Notes: generated by a model from the sequence alone, not told the origin. Shown: positions 1 to 10,506, numbered from the stretch's first letter. The stretch is DNA of 64,000 bases from an uncultured Candidatus Saccharibacteria bacterium (GCA_964612745.1 CAZTCH010000007.1:1327-65326), one strand, 5' to 3'. Translations and numbers: made by a program.

Positions 1-2560
1 CTTTAATGACATCTGCAGCCAAAGATTGGATTGGGAAATTTACCGCCGCTCGTTCTGCTGCTTGGCGAATAAAGAATTGACCGGATTTAATTTCTGGAAA
101 CTTTCGCTTGCGACCAAGCTCATTAACCACGACTGCAGATGCCTTCACTTCTGCTTTTACTTGTTCGATGTACGCTTTAACTCCTGGGTAGGTGGCAAAA
201 TATTTCTCTATATACTGCTTCGCATCACCCAAGTTAAGCTCTGCCATCCGGTAAGAGAGTCCGAAAGCAGAAAGGCCGTATAATATACCAAAATTAACTG
301 TTTTTGCATGCCGGCGCATATCCTTAGTAACTTTTTCTGCGGTTACTCCAAACAAACCCATAGCTGTTGAAGTGTGAATGTCTTCACCGCGATGAAATAC
401 ATCCATCATCGCTTTGTCTTGCGACAAGTGTGCAACGACGCGCAGTTCAATCTGAGAATAGTCCAAAGAAAGTAATGTGTATCCTTTCGCTGCAACGAAA
501 GCTTTGCGGATTTCACTACCTAAGCCATCTCCTTTTACAGGAATATTTTGTAAGTTTGGATCTGTACTAGACAATCTCCCTGTTGCAGCAATCGTCTGAT
601 TGTAACTTGTATGAATGCGTCCAGTTTTTTTGTTTACCATTTCAGGTAACGCAAGCAAGTACGTAGACTGGAGTTTTGTCAGTTCACGATACTGCATTAT
701 TTTTTCTATAATCGGGTGCAGACCGAGCATTTTTTCCAACTCACCTGCTGCAGTAGAAAGACCTGTCTTAGTCTTTTTATTTCCTTCGCTAGACAAGCCT
801 AATTTTTCAAACAATATCTCTTTGAGTTGTTTTGGTGATGCAATATTAAACTCCTGACCAGCAAGTTTGTGTATTTCTTTTTCTAACTCTAGGATATCTA
901 TTTCGGCATGCCCAGAAAGCGCTTGTAATAGCTTTTTATCCAGCAAAATCCCTGCTTGTTCCATGTCTGCAAGCACCGGAATGAGCGGCATTTCAATATC
1001 GGTAAACACTGATTGTACGTTTTCTACTTCTAACTCCGGAGCATACTTTTCTTTCAGCCGTAGAGTCATGTCGACATCTTCACAGGAATACCAAGACACT
1101 TTCTCCACAGGAACATCTGCCATAGAAATCTGAGTCTTTCCCTTACCAATCAAGTCCTCGATCGGCTGCATTTGGTAACCAAATTCCGTAAAGGCAAGAG
1201 CATCTAACCCATGTTGTCGCGTACCCGCATTCAGCAAATACGAAGCAATCATAGTATCAAACCAACTCCCACCCAACACAATACCAGCGTTCTGGAGCAC
1301 GACATAATCATATTTAATGTTATGCCCAATCTTTATCAAGTCACTCTCCAAGAATTTTTGCAGCTCCTTACTTTCTTTGACCACTGCAGCCACCACATAG
1401 TATGCCACGCCAGCTTGTACACAAAACGAAACACCAAGCAGATCGGCATCTACTGCTTGTACAGACGTAGTTTCTGTATCTAACGCAAATTCGGTGGCAG
1501 TCTGCAATTCAGCAAGAAGTGGGGCGAGACGCTCCGGAGTATCCACCAAATGGTACTCTTGGGAAGTCACCGAGCCCGATTGAACACCACCAATTCCCAC
1601 ATGTACTTCTTCTGCTGTATCCACCTGCTCCACCGGAACGTTCGTGAGAGGATTGTAACTCTTTGGTAATTTATCGAGTAGCGTTCTAAATTCAAGCTCT
1701 TGAAACAGCGTGGTCACGTGCTGCAATTGCGTTTGGGAAAATTCGTACGCGGGTATTTCTATATGCATTGGCACAGTTTGCACAATCGTTGCCAAAAAAT
1801 AAGATTGCCGAGCAGACTCTTCCTGCTCTTGCAATAACTGCAATACCCGTGGTTTAATTTTTTCCCCAACAGTACCTGCATGAACATGCTCGTACAACGT
1901 TTCAATAGAATGAAACGCTTTCAAAATATCTACCGCCCCTTTTTCACCAATACCTTTTACTCCTTTGATGTTATCGGAAGGATCACCCCGAAGCGCTTTG
2001 TAGTCAATCATCTGACTTGGCTCTAACCCATATCGTTCCCTCACTGCCTTCGTATCATAAATAGCAGTGTCACTAATCCCTTTCTTTAAGGTGTACACCT
2101 TTACACAGTCATTAACCAGCTGCAATGTGTCCATATCCCCCGTCACAATCATGACTTCGCACGAGTGATTATTTTGCACGGTCAACTCACGCGCAAGAGT
2201 TCCAAGAACGTCATCTGCTTCAAAGCCCTCTTTTTCAAAAATGGGAATATTGAGCGCACGAACTACCTCTTTTACTTTTGGAAATTGATCGTAGAGCTCT
2301 TGATCTGCCTTCACCCGAGTACCTTTGTATTCTGCATACTGTTCATGCCTGAAAGTTGGTCCGGCAAGGTCGAAGCTACAAGCGATATGCGTTGGCTTTA
2401 AGTCTTTAATCGCACGCAAAAGAATCATAGTAAAGCCATACACAGCCCCTACCGGCTGTCCTGTTTTTGTCGTAAGCCCTGGAACAGCATGGTACCCGCG
2501 GTGTACGAGTGCGTTCCCATCTATGAGCATATATCGCTTTTTTGCTTGTTTTGTAGCCAT
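1..2560 (-). CDS. polA: DNA polymerase I, partial; the 3' end runs off the window
   Basis: Reverse-strand reading from the ATG at 2558-2560 gives MATKQAKKRYMLIDGNALVHRGYHAV..., an N-terminal 5'-3' exonuclease domain. Near position 1 it reads ...NFPIQSLAADVIK, the Pol I palm region. The frame is open to the window edge, which is why it is absent from the ORF track. The plus-strand ORFs at 26..2615 are antisense artefacts. Confidence 0.85.
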   Translation of the reverse strand, partial: MATKQAKKRYMLIDGNALVHRGYHAVPGLTTKTGQPVGAVYGFTMILLRAIKDLKPTHIACSFDLAGPTFRHEQYAEYKGTRVKADQELYDQFPKVKEVVRALNIPIFEKEGFEADDVLGTLARELTVQNNHSCEVMIVTGDMDTLQLVNDCVKVYTLKKGISDTAIYDTKAVRERYGLEPSQMIDYKALRGDPSDNIKGVKGIGEKGAVDILKAFHSIETLYEHVHAGTVGEKIKPRVLQLLQEQEESARQSYFLATIVQTVPMHIEIPAYEFSQTQLQHVTTLFQELEFRTLLDKLPKSYNPLTNVPVEQVDTAEEVHVGIGGVQSGSVTSQEYHLVDTPERLAPLLAELQTATEFALDTETTSVQAVDADLLGVSFCVQAGVAYYVVAAVVKESKELQKFLESDLIKIGHNIKYDYVVLQNAGIVLGGSWFDTMIASYLLNAGTRQHGLDALAFTEFGYQMQPIEDLIGKGKTQISMADVPVEKVSWYSCEDVDMTLRLKEKYAPELEVENVQSVFTDIEMPLIPVLADMEQAGILLDKKLLQALSGHAEIDILELEKEIHKLAGQEFNIASPKQLKEILFEKLGLSSEGNKKTKTGLSTAAGELEKMLGLHPIIEKIMQYRELTKLQSTYLLALPEMVNKKTGRIHTSYNQTIAATGRLSSTDPNLQNIPVKGDGLGSEIRKAFVAAKGYTLLSLDYSQIELRVVAHLSQDKAMMDVFHRGEDIHTSTAMGLFGVTAEKVTKDMRRHAKTVNFGILYGLSAFGLSYRMAELNLGDAKQYIEKYFATYPGVKAYIEQVKAEVKASAVVVNELGRKRKFPEIKSGQFFIRQAAERAAVNFPIQSLAADVIK

Positions 2561-2755
2561 AGCTGCATTATACAGAAGGGATAAGAGAGAAGGAAGAGCG
2601 CTGTCTGCCGGCTGACGGATAGTGTACTTCTGTTACATGTTGTATTACTACTCCCTACCCTTCGGCCGTGAGCTCAGGGTCGAACGACAACCTAGCTCCT
2701 AATACCTAAAAGCTTCTTAGCTTTTCAGCTTTCTAGCTACTAGCTTTTCTGCCGT

Positions 2756-2853
2756 TAGATGGGCACCATCTGACATGTATATTTTAGTTTACCAATGTCG
2801 ATAGGCTCGCAACTACTAACGATTGAACATGGTGTCAGATGGTGCCCATCTAA
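2756..2853. repeat. 24-bp inverted repeat (ttagatgggcaccatctgacatgt / acatggtgtcagatggtgcccatctaa) around a 47-bp spacer; MITE-like or a structured RNA stem
   Basis: Seen directly: a near-perfect 20-bp complementary core with a 3-nt indel, in the 395-bp polA-pilB intergenic region. A second hairpin, gacgagg-atacc-cctcgtc, follows at 2859-2877. Confidence 0.5.
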
Positions 2854-3010
2854 CTCCTGACGAGGATACCCCTCGTCGCAAATTACAAATCGCAAGCGCG
2901 AAATAGCAAACAAATTACAATATCGAATATACAAACAAAGAAAACTGTAAGTAGTTTACAGTTTTCAGTTGCAGTTTTGTCCGCCAACTGGCGGATTTGA
3001 GTTTTTCCGA

Positions 3011-4696
3011 TTACTCTCCTACCACACGAAACACTTCCTCTACATCTGTAATACCTTGTAATGCCTTCATGAGCCCATCTTGAAGCATGGTCAGTGTTCC
3101 GTCTGTAAGCGCTTGCGCCTTTAGCTCACTTGTAGAAGCTTCACGTAAAATGAGTTCTTTGATTACATCATTCACTTCAATAACTTCATAGACACCAACT
3201 CTCCCCTTGTACCCTAAACCATGACAAGCAGCGCACCCCGGTGCAGTATAGAACTCCGAACCAGTAACAACCACTGGACCAGAAGGAAGTGTTGCTAGTG
3301 TCGTGGTTATTTTCTCAAGCAAGGCAGCCGGTAACTGATACGTTCGCTTACAAGAATCACACAATCGTCGTACAAGCCTTTGTGCAATCACTGCGTTTAT
3401 TGCTGGTGCAATCACAAATGGCTTCACACCCATAGTAATTAATCTCGGGATTGCTCCAAAAGCATCGTTGGTATGCAGTGTAGACAACACCACATGCCCA
3501 GTCAGCGCTGCTTGTAGGGCGGTGTCTGCAGTTTCTGCATCGCGAATTTCACCAACCATTACAATATCTGGATCTTGTCGTAAGATAGCCCGCAGTGCTT
3601 TGGCAAACCCAAAATCTACAGCATGATCAATCGGAGTTTGCTGTACCCCTTCCAATCTATACTCTACTGGGTCTTCAATGGTAATTATTTTAACCCCTGG
3701 TTCATTCAGTTCGTTCAAAAAAGCGTAGAGTGTCGTAGTTTTTCCACTTCCTGTTGGCCCAGTGGTAATAATCATACCGTTTGGACGGGCAAGTTGTTTC
3801 TCTATAACTTCTTTTGACTTACCCACCAAACCCAAGTCTTCTATTTTTAAATTGACCGCCCCCACACCAAGCAAACGCATAACCACACCTTCGCCATAAG
3901 CAGAAGGCAAGGTGGATACACGAACATCCACTGCTGATTCATCCCAAATAAACGTTAAGCGCCCATCTTGAGGAATACTTTCTGTGTTCAACTTTAACTT
4001 TGCGATTATTTTTATTCTCGCAAGTAAGTTTTTTTGTTCAGGTTTGGAAAAATGGATAAGATCCTGCAACACACCATCTACTCGAAAGCGTACTTTTACA
4101 ACCCCCTCCTCTGGCTCAATGTGAATATCGGAAGCACCTAACTGCATAGCAAGACCGAAAAGCAAATCGACGTTTTCACCCACCAAACCCCGCAAAGATT
4201 CGCCAGTACTCGATATGGTTTTCTTAGATTTCTCCAAATAATTCACAGTGGAGCTCAAACGAACAGTATCGTTCGTGTGTTCTGGGGGTGTTACGACATG
4301 CTTGTAAAAATTAAGCGCATACGTAAAACCAGCTTTTGAAGCTACGTATAATTTCACCGTATACTTTTTTCCCAGTTCATTCAGTTTTTGCTGTAATAAT
4401 GGATTCTCGGGATTAGTTGTTGCCACTCGAATAACCTCGTGATCTCTGGAAAATGGAATAGCTTGGGATGCAGCAGCTTCGGCCTCTGTAAACAAACTAA
4501 TACTATTCAAGTCTGCAGGTGACAAGTACAGGTTAATGTAGGGCAACCCAAGTAATTTAGCTTGGGAAGTTGCGTTTACTTCTTCTAGCTGCCTTGAAAA
4601 CACCTTGCCTTTAGAAGTAGAAGTGTCTGGTTTTAAAAATGAATTACTCATTTTTAGTATATGCAAAAAATTAGAGTCATCGTGTTCATTATACAC
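3011..4696 (-). CDS. pilB: Type IV pilus / type II secretion assembly ATPase (PilB/GspE family)
   Basis: Walker A GPTGSGKTTT, Walker B DIVMVGEIRD, a tetracysteine motif CDSCK...CAACHGLGYKGRVGVYEV and a GSPII_E N-domain-like N-terminus. 561 aa. Confidence 0.9.
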   Translation of the reverse strand: MYNEHDDSNFLHILKMSNSFLKPDTSTSKGKVFSRQLEEVNATSQAKLLGLPYINLYLSPADLNSISLFTEAEAAASQAIPFSRDHEVIRVATTNPENPLLQQKLNELGKKYTVKLYVASKAGFTYALNFYKHVVTPPEHTNDTVRLSSTVNYLEKSKKTISSTGESLRGLVGENVDLLFGLAMQLGASDIHIEPEEGVVKVRFRVDGVLQDLIHFSKPEQKNLLARIKIIAKLKLNTESIPQDGRLTFIWDESAVDVRVSTLPSAYGEGVVMRLLGVGAVNLKIEDLGLVGKSKEVIEKQLARPNGMIITTGPTGSGKTTTLYAFLNELNEPGVKIITIEDPVEYRLEGVQQTPIDHAVDFGFAKALRAILRQDPDIVMVGEIRDAETADTALQAALTGHVVLSTLHTNDAFGAIPRLITMGVKPFVIAPAINAVIAQRLVRRLCDSCKRTYQLPAALLEKITTTLATLPSGPVVVTGSEFYTAPGCAACHGLGYKGRVGVYEVIEVNDVIKELILREASTSELKAQALTDGTLTMLQDGLMKALQGITDVEEVFRVVGE

Positions 4697-4720
4697 GATG
4701 ACTCTTACTCGGTCATACCA

Positions 4721-5911
4721 CTACACTTTCTTCCAAGCGCTTTCCACCACTTCTGCAAACTGCGACTCAATAATTTCTATTGTTTGCGTACTCACCCCAT
4801 ACATATATCTCGCACCCGTATCAAGCATGGCAGACTCCCACGCATTCACCCCAAAATGCAAAGCGAGAGCAGCACTATCCAATGCAGGATGTTGTATTGC
4901 ATATACCATAGTTTGTCCATCATGAGACACAACTAACACACACGAATGGGCCCCACTAAAATACTGTACGACATGTGTAAGTATGTATGGAGAGGCCTCC
5001 AATGTTTCGCCAGTTTTAGCAAAATCGCTCGGCAACAACATGGAATAGACAAGCCCGTGATCATCCGTTTGCTTTACTCGCGCCAAAGCCCTGCCGAGTA
5101 ATTGCGTTATACTCAGCGTCTGTGGAGCAAATAACTTCGCAACCACCCCCGCATGGTCTGCACCAGCAGCGACAACATCCGCCACTACTGGAAATAGTGT
5201 TGTGGAGGTTTTTAGGGTAGAGAGATTGTTTGTTGCGGCCAAAATACCCGCGAGAATAGCCGTAGCAGCTGCTGGTACAAGTTCCACTTCTCCAAAACGA
5301 GCCAATATATGATACACCAACTCAGACAGAGCACTTACCTCAATAGAGACTACATTGATTGTGCCAAAATTTTGATTCTCTGGGTGAATATCTATATTGA
5401 TCCTTGGTAAGGAATAGAATAGTTCGGTATTGTCTGTAAAAACGGCACCCAATTGCTCTGGAGTCTGAACTCCTACTACTATAATAAGCTCGAAAGGAAA
5501 CTCACCTGCATGCACGGTGACGTCGTGTGGTAAAAATTTACCCTCTTTCGGACTTAAAAAAATCTGCAGTTTATCTGGGAGAGAGTCATAACTAAGCTCT
5601 GCAAGCTTGGCATTACTTGTATCCACAGAAATAATAAGATGAGCAGCATCTACCCGTAGCGGTTGCATGGTGTCCGTAAACGGCAAAAACCATACCCGGT
5701 CAGGAACACCACCTTCGGCCACCAAAGTTACCGTCTTTTTCAGAGCAGTAAGACCAGAGGCAAGAGCACTCATGGCCGCCACCACATCCACAGAAGGGTT
5801 CTGGGGTCCCATAATTGCGATTTTCTGATATTTCTGGATATGTTCGAATACCTGTTGTAGCTGTGTGACTTCCATAGGAAAAACTTTATGAAGTTCTAAA
5901 CTATAGCCCAT
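4721..5911 (-). CDS. DHH/DHHA1-superfamily phosphoesterase-like protein (NrnA-like with a degenerate motif I)
   Basis: 396 aa. IISVDTSN (DHH motif III-like) and a C-terminal SGAH (GGGH-like) are present. Motif I lacks the His/Asp residues, so the protein may be inactive. Weak call. Confidence 0.4.
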   Translation of the reverse strand: MGYSLELHKVFPMEVTQLQQVFEHIQKYQKIAIMGPQNPSVDVVAAMSALASGLTALKKTVTLVAEGGVPDRVWFLPFTDTMQPLRVDAAHLIISVDTSNAKLAELSYDSLPDKLQIFLSPKEGKFLPHDVTVHAGEFPFELIIVVGVQTPEQLGAVFTDNTELFYSLPRINIDIHPENQNFGTINVVSIEVSALSELVYHILARFGEVELVPAAATAILAGILAATNNLSTLKTSTTLFPVVADVVAAGADHAGVVAKLFAPQTLSITQLLGRALARVKQTDDHGLVYSMLLPSDFAKTGETLEASPYILTHVVQYFSGAHSCVLVVSHDGQTMVYAIQHPALDSAALALHFGVNAWESAMLDTGARYMYGVSTQTIEIIESQFAEVVESAWKKV

Positions 5912-5970
5912 TTTACTTAGTGGGTCAATATCCGTACAATATATATACGCTCATTTAATACTGTCTTGTA

Positions 5971-6369
5971 ATGCCGAAAAAACCTCTACCCCTCACCACC
6001 TCCTTACCAGAGATTGCAGAATTTGCCCAAGTTATTTCCACGCGTATACATGGCGGGACAACCTTAGCTTTAATTGGGCCTTTAGGATCAGGTAAGACAA
6101 CTTTCACCCAACACCTCTTGCAGGCGCTTGGGTACACCGGCAGCGTCAGTAGTCCAACTTTCGTGCTCATGCAAGAATATGAAATACCGAAGCAATCACT
6201 GCATATTGAGCACTTTGATTTATACAGACTAGAATCTGAAACAGAAATAGTGCAGAGTGGCTTAACAGAACACTGGGGAAGCCCTGAAACCGTTTCAATT
6301 ATAGAGTGGGCAGATAAAGCAAAAGAATTACTGCCCGAGAATACTATTTATATACACTTCACTTCATAA
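5971..6369 (+). CDS. tsaE: tRNA threonylcarbamoyladenosine biosynthesis ATPase TsaE
   Basis: Walker A GPLGSGKTTF and a conserved SPTFVL motif. 132 aa. Confidence 0.85.
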   Translation: MPKKPLPLTTSLPEIAEFAQVISTRIHGGTTLALIGPLGSGKTTFTQHLLQALGYTGSVSSPTFVLMQEYEIPKQSLHIEHFDLYRLESETEIVQSGLTEHWGSPETVSIIEWADKAKELLPENTIYIHFTS

Positions 6370-6370
6370 C

Positions 6371-7606
6371 ATGCAGTACTCTAGCAAAACAATACAACAT
6401 CCCCTCCTCTGGCTCATCCCTGTGTTTTTTTTACTATTCACAGTACAGCACCAAACAGCCTACGCCAAAACTGCTACTGTAGCAGACATTATCAAAACCA
6501 CAAACCAAACGGATAGCCCTAAGTTAGAAATACCTTCGGAACTAGCTTCCACGACTCAAACTGGAAATACGTATGCTATTGCAACAACTCCTTTCGTTCT
6601 TTCGAGGCAAACTCTGCAGCAAAAACAAACCGAACCAGTACTACCAGCCTTAGCGCCAGATACTGTATACGCCTGGGTTAAAGCACAAATCCAATCACTC
6701 CCACTCAACCCTGAAAATGCCGTGTTTCAAATGTCAGGTGATAGAGTTGTGGAGTTCAACCCTGGCAAAGCAGGTATTACCCCCGACGCGCGACTCACTA
6801 CTTTGGCGGTCCTACAAGCACTGAAACAAGGCACCCCCACCCCTACCGCAGTAACCATAGCTGGTATCCCTATTGCCGCTGCTGTCACCCTACCAAAAAC
6901 AAATACGTTAGGTATTAATGAATTTCTTGCTGGTGGAATTTCCGACTTTTCTAATAGCTCCAAAAATAGACTCACTAATATAGAAACTGGGAAGAACCAA
7001 GTAAAAGGTGTGCTCGTAAAACCTGGTGAAATTTTTAGCTTTGGTGAATACTTGGGAGACATCACAGCAGAACAAGGCTTTAAACCAGAAATAGTTATCA
7101 AGGCAGATGGTTTAAAACCAGAACTTGGCGGGGGTATTTGCCAAGTCTCTTCTACGTTATACCGAGCGGTTATGCAATCGGGCATGGCAATTACCCAACG
7201 CAGAAACCACGCGTTCTCGGTAAGTCACTACTTCCCCGCTGGTACCGATGCAACAATTTATACACCAGTCACTGACCTTAAATTTAAAAATGATACTCCA
7301 GCTCATGTACTTATCTGGCCATATTACAAAGACAAAACACATCTTGCTTTTGACTTGTACGGCACGAGTGATGGAAGAACAGTAGTGGTTGATGAACCAG
7401 TTCACACAGATCGCAAGGCAGACGGCTCTCTGAAAGCAAGCTGGACAAGACATGTAACTATAAACGGCAGCACTCGAGATGACGTGTTTAAATCAAACTA
7501 CCTACCTCCAGCACTGTTCAAAAAAGAAGAGAAGTTTGTAGTTGCAGAACCAACACCAACTCCAGCTACCACCCCAACCCCAACCCCAACTCCAGCTGCA
7601 AACTAA
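6371..7606 (+). CDS. VanW-family protein with an N-terminal TM segment and a C-terminal Pro/Thr-rich tail
   Basis: The GGGICQVSSTLYRA...RRNH motif is typical of the VanW domain. A signal/TM segment sits at the N-terminus. The C-terminus reads EPTPTPATTPTPTPTPAAN. Confidence 0.75.
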   Translation: MQYSSKTIQHPLLWLIPVFFLLFTVQHQTAYAKTATVADIIKTTNQTDSPKLEIPSELASTTQTGNTYAIATTPFVLSRQTLQQKQTEPVLPALAPDTVYAWVKAQIQSLPLNPENAVFQMSGDRVVEFNPGKAGITPDARLTTLAVLQALKQGTPTPTAVTIAGIPIAAAVTLPKTNTLGINEFLAGGISDFSNSSKNRLTNIETGKNQVKGVLVKPGEIFSFGEYLGDITAEQGFKPEIVIKADGLKPELGGGICQVSSTLYRAVMQSGMAITQRRNHAFSVSHYFPAGTDATIYTPVTDLKFKNDTPAHVLIWPYYKDKTHLAFDLYGTSDGRTVVVDEPVHTDRKADGSLKASWTRHVTINGSTRDDVFKSNYLPPALFKKEEKFVVAEPTPTPATTPTPTPTPAAN

Positions 7607-7662
7607 ATAAACCAATAGAGTACGTTTCGACTCACGTTTGTTGCGTAACTTGCATAACGCCC

Positions 7663-8679
7663 ATGATAACGTCTAGCGACACCACAAATACACTTACCCA
7701 AGACCCTGAAACTCCCGAAGAGGCAGCGTTCGAAACGAACCTCAGACCAAACAGTCTTTTAGAGTACGTCGGACAAGACGCAATCAAGCAGAACCTTCAC
7801 ACTGCTCTATCGGCAGCAAAACTCAGAAGCGAACCTGTGGAGCACGTACTACTCTATGGCCCACCTGGGCTTGGAAAAACCACACTAGCCGGAATTATTG
7901 CTAAAGAAACTGGGAGAAACTTACGCATCAGCTCTGGCGCCAGCTTGCAACGCGCGGGTGATCTTGCGGCAATACTTACGAACCTAGAAGAAGGTGATGT
8001 CTTTTTTATTGATGAAATCCACCGCTTAAACCCTACAGCAGAAGAGGTTTTATACCCCGCAATAGAAGATGGCGTACTAGACATTGTCGTTGGAAAAGGC
8101 CCTGGAGCAAGAAGTATACGGATGCAGCTCCCAAAGTTTACCCTTGTCGGCGCCACCACTCGCGTTGGCCTTATTTCCAACCCTCTCCGCGATCGCTTTG
8201 GTCACATCTTTCACCTTGAGTACTACACCGATACTGACCTTGCTACAATTATTAACCGCTCAAGTGCAATCCTAAACTACCAAATAGAACAAACAGCCAG
8301 TGCAGAAATTGCCAAACGAAGCAGGGGCACCCCACGTATTGCCAATAGACTACTCAAGCGCTCACGAGATTATGCGCAACTGCACGGCTCAAGCACTATT
8401 ACCTTGTCGGACACCACTCAGAGCCTCCAACAGCTCGGCGTAGACCAACTCGGCCTCGACAGAGGTGATAGATTACTCTTAGAAACGTTAATAACCAAAT
8501 TCTCGGGTGGGCCAGTTGGCTTACAAACACTTTCAATTGCAACTGGTGAAGCAGAAGACACAATTACCGATATATACGAACCATATTTAATCCGCCAAGG
8601 ACTACTTGAACGAACCCCAAAAGGCAGGAAAGCCACCGCAAACGCATACACACACTTACATATACCAAACCCTAATTAA
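7663..8679 (+). CDS. ruvB: Holliday junction branch migration ATPase RuvB
   Basis: LLYGPPGLGKTTLAGIIA (Walker A) and VFFIDEIHRL (Walker B/sensor). 338 aa. Confidence 0.95.
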   Translation: MITSSDTTNTLTQDPETPEEAAFETNLRPNSLLEYVGQDAIKQNLHTALSAAKLRSEPVEHVLLYGPPGLGKTTLAGIIAKETGRNLRISSGASLQRAGDLAAILTNLEEGDVFFIDEIHRLNPTAEEVLYPAIEDGVLDIVVGKGPGARSIRMQLPKFTLVGATTRVGLISNPLRDRFGHIFHLEYYTDTDLATIINRSSAILNYQIEQTASAEIAKRSRGTPRIANRLLKRSRDYAQLHGSSTITLSDTTQSLQQLGVDQLGLDRGDRLLLETLITKFSGGPVGLQTLSIATGEAEDTITDIYEPYLIRQGLLERTPKGRKATANAYTHLHIPNPN

Positions 8680-8685
8680 AGAGCA

Positions 8686-8913
8686 ATGAATCAATTATTA
8701 GATATACCTTTTGGACTCACGAGTACGGCACTCATTTTATACGCTTTAGCTGTCATAATTCTTGGTGGTATAGGCGGTGTGAGTTTACTTATTCTGACAA
8801 AGAACGCAGAGAAAGCAAGCGTAGCTCGAATGACTAGTTTTTTGTTTATACTCAGCTTTGCTGGTATTGTTGGTGCTTCAATTATTACTATCGTTCGCTA
8901 CTTTTATGCATAA
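8686..8913 (+). CDS. Small two-TM membrane protein
   Basis: 75 aa with two hydrophobic helices. The stop overlaps the next gene's start (ATGCATAA). Confidence 0.4.
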   Translation: MNQLLDIPFGLTSTALILYALAVIILGGIGGVSLLILTKNAEKASVARMTSFLFILSFAGIVGASIITIVRYFYA

Positions 8914-9442
8914 ACTATTTGAATCGCAGCTCGACAACGAAAAAATTTACCTTGTTATTCGTGAACACCCAGTACTCTTTTATTTACGTTTGAGTATTGC
9001 TGGTTTTTTGTTTCTAGTCGGAATTCTGGCGCACATGTATATCCCCAACCTTGTTTCCACCGCACTCAGCGAGAGCGCCCTACTCGTACTTTCACTTCTG
9101 TTTTATACGTACTATTTGGTTATTTTGCTTGGGTTGTTATTGGTAGTTAAATTTTATTACCTCTCACTGCAAATAATAACTGATATGCGTATGGTGGACG
9201 TTGACCAGTCAGGGATTTTTAAGCGGAAAGTTACAGAGATTCAAATTGAGAACGTTGAAGAAGTCACCAGTAGTGCCCATGGGCTCCTCCCAACCGTCTT
9301 CAATTTTGGGAATGTCCTCGTGCAAACAAGTAGCGCCCAAAATGAATTTGAATTTGAAAATGTATCCCACCCAGAACAAATAAAAAAACTAATTCTGGAC
9401 TTGTACGAACAACGAAAACATAAATCTCCTCCTAAAAACTAA
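8906..9442 (+). CDS. Membrane protein with a bacterial PH-like (bPH_2/DUF304-like) domain
   Basis: The ATG at 8906 gives MHKLFESQLDNEKIYLVIREHP.... Two TM helices are followed by a PH-like segment (FKRKVTEIQIENVEEV...FNFGNVLVQTSS). The ORF-track start at 8858 is probably too far upstream. Confidence 0.5.
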   Translation: MHKLFESQLDNEKIYLVIREHPVLFYLRLSIAGFLFLVGILAHMYIPNLVSTALSESALLVLSLLFYTYYLVILLGLLLVVKFYYLSLQIITDMRMVDVDQSGIFKRKVTEIQIENVEEVTSSAHGLLPTVFNFGNVLVQTSSAQNEFEFENVSHPEQIKKLILDLYEQRKHKSPPKN

Positions 9443-9447
9443 AGCTT

Positions 9448-10500
9448 ATGATTCCAGTAATAATTTGTGGTGGTGTCGGAACAAAAATGTGGCCAGAAAG
9501 CCGCACTGCATCCCCTAAGCACTTCCTCCCCTTGTTTAATGGGAAGTCATTATTTGAGCTAAACTGGGAAGCTCTACGCTTACAATACACTCCCGCTGAA
9601 ATATTTTTACAAACCAACAAAGCGCAAAGCCTTCTCGCAATGGAGCTGGTACCAGAAATTGTAGAAGCGAATATTTTTATTGAACCAGAAACCAGAAACC
9701 AAGGACCAGCAACTGGCTTTACCGCTGCAATGCTCTACAACGAGCACCCAGACGAGCCGTTCATGCTTATTCAAGCAGATGTACTACGAACCCCCGCGAA
9801 ACGATTCATAGAAATGCTAGAAGTCTGCGATAGACTGGCAAGAGAAACAGGAAAATATATTACCGGCGGTTTTAAACCCACCTACCCCGTTATGGGTGTT
9901 GATTATTTAGTCCCTGGGAAACGCGTCTCCACAGATACTGAAGTTGGTGTATATGCCGTAGATCAATTTCTATGGAGAGGGACTAGAGAGCAAGCAGAAG
10001 AATACACAAAACAAAAAGGGGCGTTAATTCACGCAAACCACAGTTGTACCACTCCCCGATCGTTACTCCGAATGTTCGAGCAGTATAAACCAGAATGGTA
10101 CACTCCACTGAAAAATATTATTGCCGGTGGTGATATTGCTGCAGAATATGCCCTAATGCCGAAAGGGCCAATAGAGGACGTTACACAAGAAGTACACAAA
10201 AACGGTGACTCACTGGTGGTAGAACTACCTTTTGAATGGATAGACTTTGGCACTTGGGAATCACTCATGAACTACACCTCCCCGAAAGACCACACGAATG
10301 AAGCTCACACCACTGAAATTGACGCCAAGGACAACTTTATTCGTACGAGCAAGGAGAAACAAGTTGCCCTTATTGGGGTCTCTGATCTCATAGTAGTAGA
10401 CACGGAAGACGCGCTACTCATCTGCCACAAAAACCACACCGGCAGTGTTGGGAAAGTAGTCGAAGCCCTGAAAGAGGGCGGGAAACATGAATTAGTCTGA
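9448..10500 (+). CDS. Mannose-1-phosphate guanylyltransferase-like nucleotidyltransferase
   Basis: The N-terminal IICGGVGTKMWPESRTASPKHFLPL matches the NTP-transferase G-loop seen in GDP-mannose pyrophosphorylases. 350 aa. Confidence 0.7.
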   Translation: MIPVIICGGVGTKMWPESRTASPKHFLPLFNGKSLFELNWEALRLQYTPAEIFLQTNKAQSLLAMELVPEIVEANIFIEPETRNQGPATGFTAAMLYNEHPDEPFMLIQADVLRTPAKRFIEMLEVCDRLARETGKYITGGFKPTYPVMGVDYLVPGKRVSTDTEVGVYAVDQFLWRGTREQAEEYTKQKGALIHANHSCTTPRSLLRMFEQYKPEWYTPLKNIIAGGDIAAEYALMPKGPIEDVTQEVHKNGDSLVVELPFEWIDFGTWESLMNYTSPKDHTNEAHTTEIDAKDNFIRTSKEKQVALIGVSDLIVVDTEDALLICHKNHTGSVGKVVEALKEGGKHELV

Positions 10501-10506
10501 CTAACC

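Noticed and set aside
26-2615. Plus-strand ORFs of 60-96 aa across the first 2.6 kb
   Set aside because: They are antisense to the polA reading frame, which is open on the minus strand from 2560 to the window edge.
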